A DNA stretch of 64,000 nt from the human T2T-CHM13v2.0 reference genome, Homo sapiens. The translations under genes were made by a program, and so were the position numbers. Shown here piece by piece: positions 41,865 to 54,710 of the stretch. How positions within the stretch are numbered: position 1 is the first letter of the stretch; each line of letters starts with the position of its first letter. The notes beneath the pieces are model-generated. The model saw only the letters and a program-made list of their open reading frames with translations. It was not told the origin of the DNA and made no database searches. The stretch lies in the NCBI RefSeq assembly GCF_009914755.1, contig NC_060925.1; one strand, written 5' to 3'.

Positions 41865-43940
41865 ATTTCTTTTTTAAATTTTTTATTTCATTTCAATACT
41901 TTTGGGAGAACAGGTGGTTTAGGTTACAAGAACAATTTCTTTAGTGGTAATCTCTGAAATTTTGTGCACCCATCACCTAAGCAGTGTGCACTGTACCCAA
42001 TGTGTAGTCTTTTATCACTCATCCTTCTCTCGACCTACCCCCTGAGTCCCCAAAGTTCATTATATCATTCTTATGTTTTTGTGTCCTCATAGCTTAGCTC
42101 ACACTTATAAGTGAGAACATGTGATATTTGTTTTTCCATTTCTGAGTTACATCATTTGAAATAATGGTGTCCATCCCTTACTAAAACATCAAGAGTTTGG
42201 TCTAGGTCCTGCTGCTGCCTGCACAGAAAGCCAATCACTGAGACAACAAGTATTGTCAAGGAAGAAAACTTTAATTGGGTGCTGCAGCTGAGGACATGAG
42301 AGCTCAGTCTCAAAACCATCTCCCTGATTAAACCAAAGGTTTATATAAAAGGCAAGAAATGTAACAATGTGTAAGAAAACAGAAACTTAGGGGGGCAAGG
42401 AAGCAATCATGATGAATAAGTGTTCCAGCATCTGGTGAAGTGATCTGCTTTCAATTCTTTGATACTTTTTGTAAGAGACCTAAACATTTCCCGAGGAAGA
42501 AACTCAGAAAAAATAAATACAAGTTTAAAGCTTTTCAAGACCAGAAGGGTCAATGTCTATGTTTATCAAAAAGAGCAGTCTATGGGTCAGTTGCGTTAGT
42601 TTTACAATGCCATCCAGGTTGCTTTGAATGTCATTATTTCATTCCTTTTTATGACTGAATAGTATTCCATGGTATATGTGTATATATATATATATGTGTG
42701 TATGTGTGTGTATTCCACATTTTGTTTATCCATTCATTGGTTGATGGGTTTTTAGTCTGGTTCCATATATCTTCAATTGTTAATTGTGTTGCTATAAACA
42801 TGTTTGTGCAAGTGTCTTTTTCACGTAATGACTTCTTCTCCTTTGATACCCAGTAATGGGATTGTTGGATCAAATGGTTGTTCTACATTTAGTCCTTTAA
42901 GGAATACTGTTTTCTACAGTGGTTTTACTAGTTTACATTCCCACCAGCAGTGAAAAATTGCTCCTTTTTCACCTCATCCATGCCAACATATTACTTTTTG
43001 ATTTCCTTATTATGATCATTCATACAGGAGTAAGGCAGTAATTTCCTGATAATTACTGATGTTGAGCATTTTTTAATATGTTTGTTTGTCACTTGTATAT
43101 TTTTGAGAACTGTCTATTCATATTGTTTGCCCACTTTTTGATGAGATTATTTGTTTTTTGTGTGTTTGCTGATTAGTTTAAGTTACTTGTAGATTCTGGA
43201 TATTAGTCCTTTGTCAAATGCATGGTTTGCAAGTATTTTCTTCCACTCTGTGGTTTGTCTGTTTACTCTGCTTATTTTTTTTATGAGGTCTGGAAGCTTT
43301 TAAGTTTAATGAGGTCCCATCTGTTATTTTATGTTATTTTATTTTATTTTGTTTTATTTTTGTGTTTGCTTTTGAGTTCTTGGTCATGAACTTTTTGTGT
43401 AAGCCAATGTCTGGAAAAGTTTTTCTGAAGTTACCTTCTAGAATTTTCATGGATTCATGTCTTACATTTAAGTCTTTGATTCGCCTTGAGTTGTTTTTTG
43501 TACAAGGTGAGAGATGAGGACCCAGTTTTATTCTCCTATATGTGGCTTGCCAATTATCTCAGGACCATTTATTGAATAGGATGTCCTTCCCCACTATATG
43601 TTTTTGTTTGATTTGTGAAAGATCAGTTGGCTGTAAGTATTTGGCTTTTTCTCTGGGTCCTCTAGTCTGTTTCATTGGTCTATATGCCTATGTATACCAG
43701 TACTATGTTGTTTTGTTGACTATAGACTTGTAGTATCGTTTGAAGTCAGGTAATGCGATGCCTCCAGATTGGATCTTTTTGCTTAGTCTTGCCTTGGCCA
43801 TTCAGGCTCTTTTTTGGTTCTATATAAATTTTACAACTGTCTTTTTTTTGCTAGTTCGGTGAAGAATGATGATGGTATTTCAACGGAAATTGCATTAAAT
43901 CTGTAGATTGCTTTTGGCAGTGTGGTTATTTTTACAAATT
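41865..43940 (-). mobile_element. L1PB-like element inserted in the older L1, itself split by an LTR
   Basis: L1PB 3' end TTTTGGGAGAACAGGTGGTTT...TTCTTTAGTGGTAATCTCTGA...GCACCCATCACC, resuming at about 42605. Confidence 0.85.
42176..42604 (-). mobile_element. ERV1 solo LTR (LTR26-like)
   Basis: GGTCTAGGTCCTGCTGCT...CAGAAAGCCAATCACTGAGACAAC...CCAGAAGGGTCAATGTCTATGTTTATC. Interrupts L1PB. Confidence 0.7.
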
Positions 43941-45560
43941 TGCTATGCAGATTTTAAATTTGTCAATGCATTTGCCTTTACTGAGATATTAATTGGTTTA
44001 TATGGCTTTGATTTACTGTCTTGTTTTCATTTCGACATATATGACTTCCTTTAGCATTTCTTTCAAGGATGGTCTGGTGGAAACAAACTTCCTGAGCTTT
44101 CATTAATTTTGGCATGTTTTAGTTTTTCCCTCCTTTTGAAGATAAATGTTTTGCCAGATATAAGATTCTTGTTTGACAAGTTTTTTTTTATAATTACTTT
44201 AAGCTATATCAGCCTCCTTTTAGACTCCAAAGTTTCTGATGACAATTCTGCTGATAATATTACTGGTGGACCCTTGTACTTGGTCTTACTGTTTTCACAA
44301 TTATTTTTGTCTTTGACTTTTGACAGTTTGAGTACAATATCTTGGTGTGGATCATTCTGAATTCATCCTGTTTGGAGTTGATTGAGCTTCTTGGCTGTTT
44401 ATATTCCTGTCTTTTATCAAACTTAGACAATTTTCAGCCAAAGATCTTCAAATAATTCTTCTCCTTTCTTCTCTCTTCTCCTAGCGGAACCATCGCTGTG
44501 TATATTTTGATCTGCTTGATGTGTTCCATATGTTCCTTAGCCTCCATTCACTTTCTTCAATCATTATTCTTTCTGTTTCTCAGACTCGGTATATTCCATT
44601 GTTCTATCTTTAAATTCATGGATTCTTCCACCTTCTGTTCAAATCTGCCTTTTAAACTTTGCACATAGTTTTTCATTTTAGTTATTTTACTTTTCAGCTC
44701 TAGAATTTTTGTATTATTTCAGCTTTTCTGTCTATTTATTGATATTTTTATTTTCCTCATACTTGTTTTTTTCACTTTCTTCATGTTTCTTTAGTTTTTA
44801 AGCATTTTTCAGATGGTTGTTTTAGGACTTTGTCTAGTATGTATGTCTATCATCCAATCATTCTCAGAGAGAATTTCTGTTTTGTTTATGTTTTGTTTTG
44901 TTTTGCTTCTTTGAGTCATACTTTCTCCTTTCTTTGTACGTTTTATCAATTTTTGTTCAAAGCTGAACATTTATTTCTGGTAATCAGAATTCTTTCCTTC
45001 CCTAGAATTTTCTGTTATTTTTCTTTTATTGTTAAAGACTGTTTCTGTGCCCAAGAGAAGTGTGAAGTGTAAAACAAAAATTTTGTCTTATCTTTTCTGA
45101 GCCCATGCCATTCCCTGTGCATTTGTGGTAAATTTCTAATTCTCCTGTATATGCAGTTACTTTTGAATGCCTTAGTGTTTAAAGTATTGCTCTCAAAAAG
45201 AAAATAAAAGGAGAGAAAAATGTAAGGGAGGATAAAGGTGCTGGCTGTTTAGGATCCCCTGGAATTTGTTTCAGAACAAGAGACAGGGGCTTGCAAGAAC
45301 TGAGGAGGGAGTGCAAAAATGGCTGCTTGCCACTGTGCTTGCACCTCTGTGGTCAGAAAGAGCAATCAACAATCAGAACACAGGTCAACAATATTTTGAA
45401 GACAGGCTCTTTATTGCCCACTCTGGTTCCTGCAAGCTGTGTGATAGCTGCTCCAGGAACAAATACCTTGCTGTCTGCTACAGGGCTGGAGAGTGAGAAT
45501 GGTAATTGTCTCTGAGCTAAGAGATGATATTGACAGAAATTAACTGTAATTTACTGCCCA
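43941..45560 (-). mobile_element. Old L1M ORF1/5' region
   Basis: CTTTAGCATTTCTTTCAAGGATGGTCTGGTGGAAACAAACTTCCTGAGCTTT and GTTTCTGATGACAATTCTGCTG. Confidence 0.7.
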
Positions 45561-45780
45561 AATTTTTTCCATAACTATGTTATGTCTGAATATTCTTCCT
45601 CTAGATTTTTGCATAAATAAACTTATCTTGTTAAGTTTCAGATCAATGGTCAACTTTCAGCAGAACTTTTCCAAAGTTACGCCATGTCTCAGTTCATTTT
45701 CTATCAGTTTACCTTGTTTTGTTTACTTTGTAAAATTTTTGACTAGAATCATTGTATTTATTCATTTATCTTCTGTCTCC

Positions 45781-46112
<332 letters not shown>

Positions 46113-46885
46113 CTGTCTCCATTATTAAAATACAGACTTCATGAGACCCAGGGCCTCTTCTCCCTTGATCACCACTGTAGACTCAGCAGATAAAACTATT
46201 CCTACAATAGAGGAGCAAGTAGAGCTTCTATCTATGGGTAGTTGACTTTCTGACTATATTTATAGGCAGAACTTTTCTGTGTCTTTCATTCTTTTATGTG
46301 TGGTTGCCTTAAACTTTTAATACATTTTGCTTATCACACTTAAATGTTATAATACGGTACCATAAGGTTTAGCAAAATTTATTCATAACAATTTCTCCAC
46401 ATATATATTTTAACTGGATCAGGCAGGTCTTTTCCATTCCCAGAGACAGATTGTCTTTGTATTCTTTGCTACATAAAATACACTTAACTAACTTTCTGGA
46501 TTTAGGCAAATTCCACTAACTTGGAGAGATATTAAATTGCATCACCTCCATGAATGACTCTTTAGTTATCATTGTAATTCACTTCTATTTTTGAAACCTC
46601 TTATAGTTTTATAATTTATTATGAACAATTTGGCAATTATATATATTTTATACATCACTGGTTGTCCTGTGAATATCCAGTTATCCCCCAAAGCCTGCAC
46701 TCTAATTTCCATTTCATTCAATACTTACAGTTACATACCTCAATGCTTTTATTTATGCTATTTTATTTGTCTAAAATAGTTTTATCTATTTCTCTCCGTG
46801 TGAATCACTACTCAGCTTTCAAAGTTAACCTCAAATTTTAACTGCTCCATAGTTAGAGTTAAGGTCTCCCTTTTCTCTCTCTCCA

Positions 46886-46930
<45 letters not shown>
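46886..46930. repeat. (TG)n(TA)n compound microsatellite
   Basis: Direct reading. Confidence 0.95.
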
Positions 46931-46933
<3 letters not shown>

Positions 46934-47399
46934 TATATTTAAATATTTAAAAAACAATGTATAAATATATGTATAGCATAAATAATTTATGTTACATATA
47001 AATTTATTATATATGAAATTTATAGCACTAACCTTATAGCTATTTTTAGCTTCCTTTCCAATGACAATGACAGTTCTTGATGACAGGCAATTGGCGCATA
47101 CTCTGCTTAGCATAGAGACTAGTTTGTAATGGTTCTGCAAGCAGAACAACCATCTCTGAGCTGGATTCTACATTCCAGAGAAGTTTCTAAAAGATACATA
47201 TATTCATAATTCCTCTAATCTTTGTAACTATTCTATGTAATAAAAATTTATGTCATGACAATTTTATATATGAAGTTACGTGAGACAAATCTATGCAGTA
47301 GAGATTACTACTATGCCAATTATATAGTAAAAATAAGTGATTTACTTGAGATGCCACAGCTAGGAAGTTATAGATTTAGGTTATTATAATTAAGAGTCT

Positions 47400-47790
47400 G
47401 ACAACATTTGGATGCTTGACCAGTGACAGTGTTCAATCCCCAACTGTCTTTCATTCCTTCTTGTGTCGCATCTGGACAACCAATAAGAAAACCCAGGTAC
47501 TCTCTCTCTTGTCAATGGAAGGATATTCAAAGCACAATTCTCTTCCTGCCTGTTGAAACCCTCACCCAGGCCCACACCCTGAGTACAGTATAAACCAAAG
47601 CCACTGGCCTCTTCAGCTCAAGGCATTAGACAGGCTTGGATGCCTACTTTTCTTACCTAAGAAAACCTCATGATTTCAGTTACAAAATGCCATATTCTTC
47701 TGATGTGTGTGCGGCTGTGACATAAACAGTCTTGACATCATACCCAGTTAGGGCGCAGAGATGATCCCATTTATCATGGGGAGACCACAT
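47400..47790 (+). mobile_element. Old ERV1 LTR (MER90-like)
   Basis: GTATAAA TATA box near 47588 and a 3' end CAGTCTTGACATC...GGGGAGACCACA similar to recalled MER90. Confidence 0.4.
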
Positions 47791-49140
47791 GGCTGTTTTG
47801 CACTCAGGTTGTCTGAATATCCAGCATTCAAGTTCTTAAATATCATGTTGTGCTTCCTGTCAGATATGTTAAATAACTATTTGTTACATGAACTAATTTT
47901 TGAATTCCTTAGGACAAGACTTTTTATTACAAAATTTTAATTAATTTATTCATATATTATTAAAATGAGAAATATGCATTAATAATTTTTCTTTGCAGGA
48001 GGAAATCATTGAAAATTGGAGTAGCCTGAAACAGAAGATATACAAGGGTTTCACATTGTTGTTTTGAGTGTTACATCTATATTTAATAATATCACATAAT
48101 AAATCCTGCTCATTAAATATAATGACATTAAAAGTAGAATTCAGAAAAGAAAAGAAAGCGGAATGAATCTCTAAAATTTGTTTTGATGACAACTTATCAG
48201 AAACCAATTGCTTAGAAATAGTTTGCATTTCATGTATTTTATTTGAGCATTCATATTATTTTAAAAAATCATCAAAGTTTTTACATTTATTTAACATAAT
48301 TATTTAATAATTGAGTAAATGTCAACAAATAATACTCTATTCAGTTTGACATGAAAAATGAGTACTTAAATTATCGGTATTAATACAAGAATTTAATAGA
48401 ATGGTAAATTTGATTAAAAACAAAGAACTGCAAAAGTTCCCTTACTTTATAGTGTCATTGTACAAATAATAAAGACCTTCCATGTGATTTGCATTTTGAG
48501 AGGTAATATGGGGTGCTCAATTTTTATGACTGGCTGTGGAGAACAAGTTAATCAGGCTCTGGTTGGGATGCTGGGTATTTAAATAAGTGAATGTGAAATG
48601 AAGACAGTTTGAAATGGGACTCTGTTGAATATGATAACATGGGCAATAAGGGAAAAATGCAAAAGTTTTACATAAAAAGTATTCTGGTTGAAGAAAGGAA
48701 GTATCAGCTTGGTAACATATCTTTCCTAAGCAAAGTAGAAGACTCAGTTACCAGTGTCTCTATTTATTTCAATGGACATTAGTATTGACCATGTTCAATC
48801 CTGGAAGGGTTGGAGGTAAGGTATGGTTCAGGTATTTTTCAGGTATTTTTGTCTAGATATTCTATCCAGAAATGCCAACCAAATTTCAAATTATGTGTGG
48901 TGATTATATTTTGTGAAAATATCTTGCTAGACTTTCTTTTCCGTCACAAGTAGATTATCTAATAATCTCAATATTGATCCTGTTTTATTTTTAAAAAGTT
49001 TTCATTAAAGACACTGTAGAAGAGGCTTAATGAAGTCAGATCATCTCTGCCTTGGTAGAGGACACAGCACAACAAAAGGCTGAGTGTCAGTCACTTAAAT
49101 GTTTATGCGCAATTGAAAATATGATATAAAAATCAAGTGG

Positions 49141-49430
49141 GGCCAGGCATGGTGGCTCACATCTGTAATTCCAGCACTTTGGGAGGCTGAGGCGGACAGA
49201 TCACAAGGTCAGGAGTTTGAAAGCAGCTTGGCCTACATGATGAAACCCTGTCTCTACCGAAAAAACAAAAATTAGCTGGGTGTGTTAGTGAGCGCCTGTA
49301 ATCTCAGCTACTCTGGAGGCTGAGGCAGGAGAATTGCTTGAACCCAGGAGGTGGAAGTTTCAGTGAGCCGAGATCACGCCACTGCACTCCAGCATGGGTG
49401 ACAGAGGAAGACTCAAAAAAAAATAAAAAA
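49141..49430 (+). mobile_element. AluS (Sg-like)
   Basis: Full Alu. TSD AAAAATCAAGTGG on both sides. Confidence 0.93.
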
Positions 49431-49788
49431 ATCAAGTGGACTCAGGACAGAGGCAGTAGTAGATGAGGATAAACAAAAAGGCAAAATCAAATCACAAATT
49501 AAAAATTGAATGCTAACTTTGATACTCCACATCTTTCTTTAAAATGTTTTTTAGTTGGCTGCATACTTAATAAAATAGATGTTTATATTGTAATGTTTTC
49601 TCGAGAGAGTTGAAGACTAAATTTTTTGCAGGCTTTGTTATTGTAAATAGTGAAAAAGTACATATCCATGTATATATTTTACCACTCATGTTTAACCATT
49701 TATTGAAGAATTTTGTGGACATATCTATAAGTTAGATTGGTCTGTTCTTTGCTTTTCTGGAATAATTCTGTTAAGTTTTGCTATAATG

Positions 49789-50452
49789 TGTTAGGAAAAT
49801 AAAATATAAAAAAGTCTTCTCCCAACCCAGAAAATCTCTTCTCAAAGATAGAAAAGAGAAAAACGTTTTATTTTTGAATGAGCATAAAACCCGAATGTGA
49901 TGTGCATGAAAGGCAATCTGTTAAAGGTTTGCAAAGACAGAAAAAATTTCACCCTTTCATATAGCCAAGCAGGTACAATTCATTAAATACAGGTTCTCAA
50001 AAAAGAATAGAAAAAAGATAACTTGATAAAACCATTTGTCACACATAGTTCATCTTAAACTCACTTGGTAATTGGGATAACCATCTGTTTTAGCTATTTG
50101 TCATTATTTAAACGAAAAATACACTTCAGGTTTCTTTATGATAAAAGGCAGTTTTGAAATTTAAAGGGAGGCTCTTCTGCCCAAGTTAGGTTTCTATTTT
50201 CTCAAAAAAACTGGAAGGTAGAAAGCTCTCTTCTGTGGTATGTATATTTCAAAGAGATGTTTCTCAAGTCCTTGAGAAAAACATTCTCAGGTCACAAAGC
50301 TGGCAAGAGTCTTATTTAGCTTTTAAAAAGATGTATATACATTTCAAAGAAAAAATAATTAACAAGTTAATCTTCTTACAAAAGGGTGAGTTATCTTTAT
50401 GTTGATCATGGAGAATTAAGCCTTTTATTTTAAATTTGAATTTGCTATTACA
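49789..50452 (-). mobile_element. ERV1 solo LTR (MER72-like)
   Basis: CCCAACCCAGAAAATCTC...CCATTTGTCACACATAGTTCATC...GGAGAATTAAGCC...TTACA. Confidence 0.7.
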
Positions 50453-50654
50453 ATCTCTTATCTGTGTTACTAAACAATAGTAATATTACTATTTTCTAAT
50501 TATTTTTATTGTTGCCTCTACCTTTCTCAGCAAATTGCAGTCATCCAAATATCTAGCAAGTCCATAGTAAAATAGGAAAAAAAATCAACATCAAAATTAT
50601 GATAATATAATTACTGATTTTGTAAAAAATCAGTACTTTATTTGCATTGGGGAA

Positions 50655-52912
50655 TGTATTAGTCCATTCTCACACTGCTAATAAAGACATACCCGAGACT
50701 GAGTAAATTATAAAGGAAAGAGGTTTAATTGACTCATAGTTCCACGTGGCTGGAGAGGCCTAAGGAAACTTATATTCATGGCGGATGGAACCTCTTCACA
50801 GGGTGGCAGAAGATGGAATGAATGCTGAGTAGAAGGGGGGAAAGCCCCTTATAAAACCATCAGATCTCATGAGAAGTCACTCACTATCACTAGAACAGCA
50901 TGAGAGTAACCGCCCTCATGATTCAATTACCTTCCGCCAGGTCCCTCCCATGACACATGGGTATTATGGCAACTACAATTCAAGATGAGATTTGGGTGGG
51001 GACACAGCCAAACCATCCCATTCTACCCCGGCCTCTCCCAAATCTCATGTCCTCACATTTCAAAACAGAATTATGCCTTTTCAACAGTCCCCCAAAGTGT
51101 TAACTCATTTCAGCATTCACTCAAAAGTCTACAGTTCAAAGTCACATCTGAGACGAAGCATGTCCCTTCCACCTTTGAGCCTGTAAAATCAAAAACAAGT
51201 TAATTACTTTCTAGATACAATAAGGGTACAGGCATTTGGCAAATACACCTGTCCTGAATGGGAGAAATTGGCCAAAACAAAGCAGCCACAGGCCCCAGGC
51301 AAGTCCAAAATCCAATAGGGCAGTCATCAAACCTTAAAGTTCCAAAATGATCTCCTTTGATTCCATGTCTCACCTCCAGGGCAGGCTGATGCAAGAGGTG
51401 GGCTCCCACAGCCTTGGGCAGCTCCTCCCCTGTGGCTTTGCAGGGTACAGCCTCCCTCCTGGCTGCTTTCAAGGGCTGGCATTGAGTGTCAGTGGCTTTT
51501 CCAGGCACAGGGTGCAAGCTGTTGGTGGATCCACGATTCTGGGATCTGGAGGACAGTGGCCTTCTTCTCACAGCTCCACTAGGCAGTGCTCCAGTGGCGA
51601 CTCCGTGTGGGGGCTTCAGTCCCACATTTCCCTTCCACACTGCCCTAGCAGAGTTTCTCCAGTGGACTCCACCTCTGCAGCAAACTTCTGCATGAACATC
51701 CAGGAATTTCCATACATCTTCTGAAATCTAGGTGGATGTCCCCAAACCTCAATTCTTGACTTCTGCACATCTGCAGGCCCAACAACATGTGGAAGCTGCC
51801 AAGACTTGGGGCTTGCAGTCTCTGAAGCAATGATCTGAGCTGTACACTGGTTCCTTTTAGCCATGGCTGGAGAGGCTGGGATGCATGGAACCAAGTCCCA
51901 AGGCTGCACAGAGCAGGAGGGCCCTGGGGCTGGCCCAGGAAATCATTTTTCCCTTCTAGGCCTCTGGGCCTGTGATGAGAGGGGCTGCCATGAAGGTCTT
52001 TGAAATGTCCTGGAGACATTTTTCACATTGTCTTGGTGGTTAACATTTGGCACCTCATTACTTATGCAAATTTCTGCAGTCCTCTCAAATTTCTCCCCAG
52101 AGAATGGGCTTTTTTGTTGTTGTTGCATCATCAGGCAGCAAATTTTCCAAACTCTTATACTCTGCTTCCATTTGAACATTTTGCTACTTAGAAATTTCTT
52201 TCACCAGATAACCTAAATTATCTCTCTCAAGTTCAATGTTCCACAGATCTCTAGGGCAGGAGCAAAATGCCACCACTCTCTTTGCTAAAACATAGCAAGG
52301 GTGACCTCTACTGCAGTTTCCAACAAGTTCCTCATCTCCATCTGATACCATCTCAACCTGAATTTAATTGTCCATATCACTATCAGCATTTTGGTCAAAA
52401 CCATTTAATAAGTCTTTAGGAAGTTCCAAACTTTCCCACATCTTCCTGTTTTCTTCTGAGCCCTCCAAACTGTTTCAACCTTTGCCTGTTACCCAGTACC
52501 AAAGTTGCTTCCACATTTTTGGTGTTCTTATAGCAGCACCCCATTCTACTTGTACCAATTTAATGTAATCATCATTTCTCATGCTGTTAATAAGGGTAAT
52601 TTATAAAGGAAAGAAGTTTAATTGACTCAGAATTCTGCATGGCTGGGGTGGCCTAAGGAACCTTACCATCATGGCTAAAGGCACCTCTTCACAGGGAGGC
52701 AGGAGAGGGAATGAGTGCCAAGCAAAAGAGGAAAAAGCTTCTTATACAACCATCAGGTCTCATGCAAACTCGCTAGCTATCACGAAAACAGCATAAGAGT
52801 AACGGCTTCCATGATTCAATTACCTCCCATCAAGTCCCTCTCACGGCAGGTGGGGATTATACAAACAACAGTTCAAGATGAGATTCATGCGGAGACACAG
52901 CAAACGATATCG
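50655..52912 (-). mobile_element. Full-length THE1C MaLR (3' LTR 50655-51020, internal 51021-52563, 5' LTR 52564-52912)
   Basis: Two THE1 LTRs with CCTCTTCACAGGG..GCAG, a 1.54-kb THE1-int, and MaLR ORF remnants at 51200-52179. Confidence 0.92.
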
Positions 52913-53873
52913 GAGATAACCTTTGAATATACCATACTAATGATGAATGGTTAAATCAGATTATTGATTAGCAAGCCACAAAAATGCTTCTTTGCCATAT
53001 ATTAATTATACAAATTGTTATTGTCTTTAGTGTTTTTCAAATGATTAACCAAATAACCATTTAGTAGTTCTTTATAAAGTCCTGTCTCATCCAAACCCAA
53101 GGAATAGCTTGATTCTGGAGCCAGGTAATGTAACTTTTTAATGAGAAGTTTTCCTTGCAAGTGATAACAAATAACATCTGAGTTTTAGTTCATCACATAA
53201 ATATCATAACAATCATATGACAATTAGGCCTTTTAACAATTTTTCCATTTTCTCCAATTTTTTTTGTTGATGTGAAATGCAAAGATATTCATGGCCATCT
53301 TTTAGTATCAAAGTTTTATTATGAGACACTATTGAAAGGTACAGATTAAGTTTCTATTGTTAATGTATACAGCTGTAACTATTTTAAATCTTATGGACAA
53401 ACTCTAAGAGCCTTTTTGGTCTGTTGGTTTGCTTTCATTTGGCATGAGAAAAGAATCAATAGTTATCCTGTTATAATAATTAAATAAATCTTTGTGAATA
53501 ATAGGTATTCACTTTTGTTTATCTGTATATATTAAGATTGGAGAGACCCTTAATCCCAATTTATCCTAGTGACACTAGACATGTCTTTTGCAGTCTCTAT
53601 CTGTAAATGCCAGATATATGTTTGTCTACTTATTACATGTTATTTGTTTCTACATTATCTTTCTAACATATTTTTTAGTATCAAATTAGAGCTTGAGTGT
53701 CTGGATGCATATTAATTAATTTTACTTTGTTGTTTTCAAACATTACTAATGAAAATGATGTCATTTTTGTTCTATCAGTAATCAGACTGTTGTATTTATG
53801 AGTCTAGACCTTGTTTTTATTGGAAGTAAAATTTAGAACTGGTAGAAATGAGATGGTGAGAATTGTTACTTGG

Positions 53874-54339
53874 TGTATTAGTTTGCTAGAGCTGCTGTAA
53901 TAGAGTACCCCAGACTGAGTGGCTTAAACAACAGGAATTTATTGTCTTACAGTTCTAGAGGATAGAAACCCAAGATCAAGGTGTCAGCAGGGCTGGTTTC
54001 TTCTGAGGACAGTTAGAGTAGTTCTGTTCAATCCCTCTCACCTAACTTCTGGTGGTTTCCTGACAATCTTTGGTGTTCCCTGGCTTGGAAAAACATCAGC
54101 CCAACTTCTTCCTTCATCTCCTCATGGCTTTAACCTTGTTTCCTTGTGTGATATGAGTACAAATTTCTCCTTTTTTGTAACGACACCTTTCATAATGAAT
54201 TGGGGTCTACCCTATTCCAGTATTATCTTAAGTAATTAAATTGATATTAGCTGTTTTTCCAAATAAAGTTATATTCTGGAGTACTAGGGGTTAAGACTTC
54301 AACATATAAATACTGGGGGACTCAATTTAACCCATAACA
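53874..54339 (-). mobile_element. MLT1C solo LTR
   Basis: TGTATTAGTTTGCTAGAGCTGC...AACCCATAACA. Perfect 5-bp TSD CTTGG at 53869-53873 and 54340-54344. Confidence 0.88.
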
Positions 54340-54399
54340 CTTGGATTGCAGAAAAAAAGAAGTACAATAGACAACATGTTGGCTTTCCAGTAAAATATG

Positions 54400-54710
54400 A
54401 TTTTTTTCCTTTTTCTTTTTTTCTTTTTTTTGACAGGCGTTTGCTTTGTCATCCAGGCTGCAATGCAATGACATAACCTTGACTCATGGCAACCTCTGCT
54501 TCCTGAGTTCAAGTGATCCACCCACCTCAGCCTCCCAAGTATCTGGGACTACAGGCACATGCTACCATGCCCAGTTAATTTTTGTGTTTTTTTTAGAGAT
54601 AGAGTTTTGCTATATTGCCAGGGTGTTCTCAAACTCCTGGACTGAAGTGATCAGTCTACCTCAGACTCCCAAAGTGCTGGGATCACAGGCATGAGCCACC
54701 GTGCCCAGTT
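54400..54710 (-). mobile_element. AluJ
   Basis: Diverged full Alu with T-rich tail at 54400-54431. Confidence 0.88.

Noticed and set aside
50944-50956. PRDM9 hotspot motif in the THE1 LTR
   Set aside because: The sequence is CCTCCCATGACAC, mismatching CCNCCNTNNCCNC at two fixed positions. The motif is typical of THE1A/B.
51200-52179. Functional THE1 internal ORF
   Set aside because: Broken over several frames by stops and frameshifts; an ordinary MaLR remnant.
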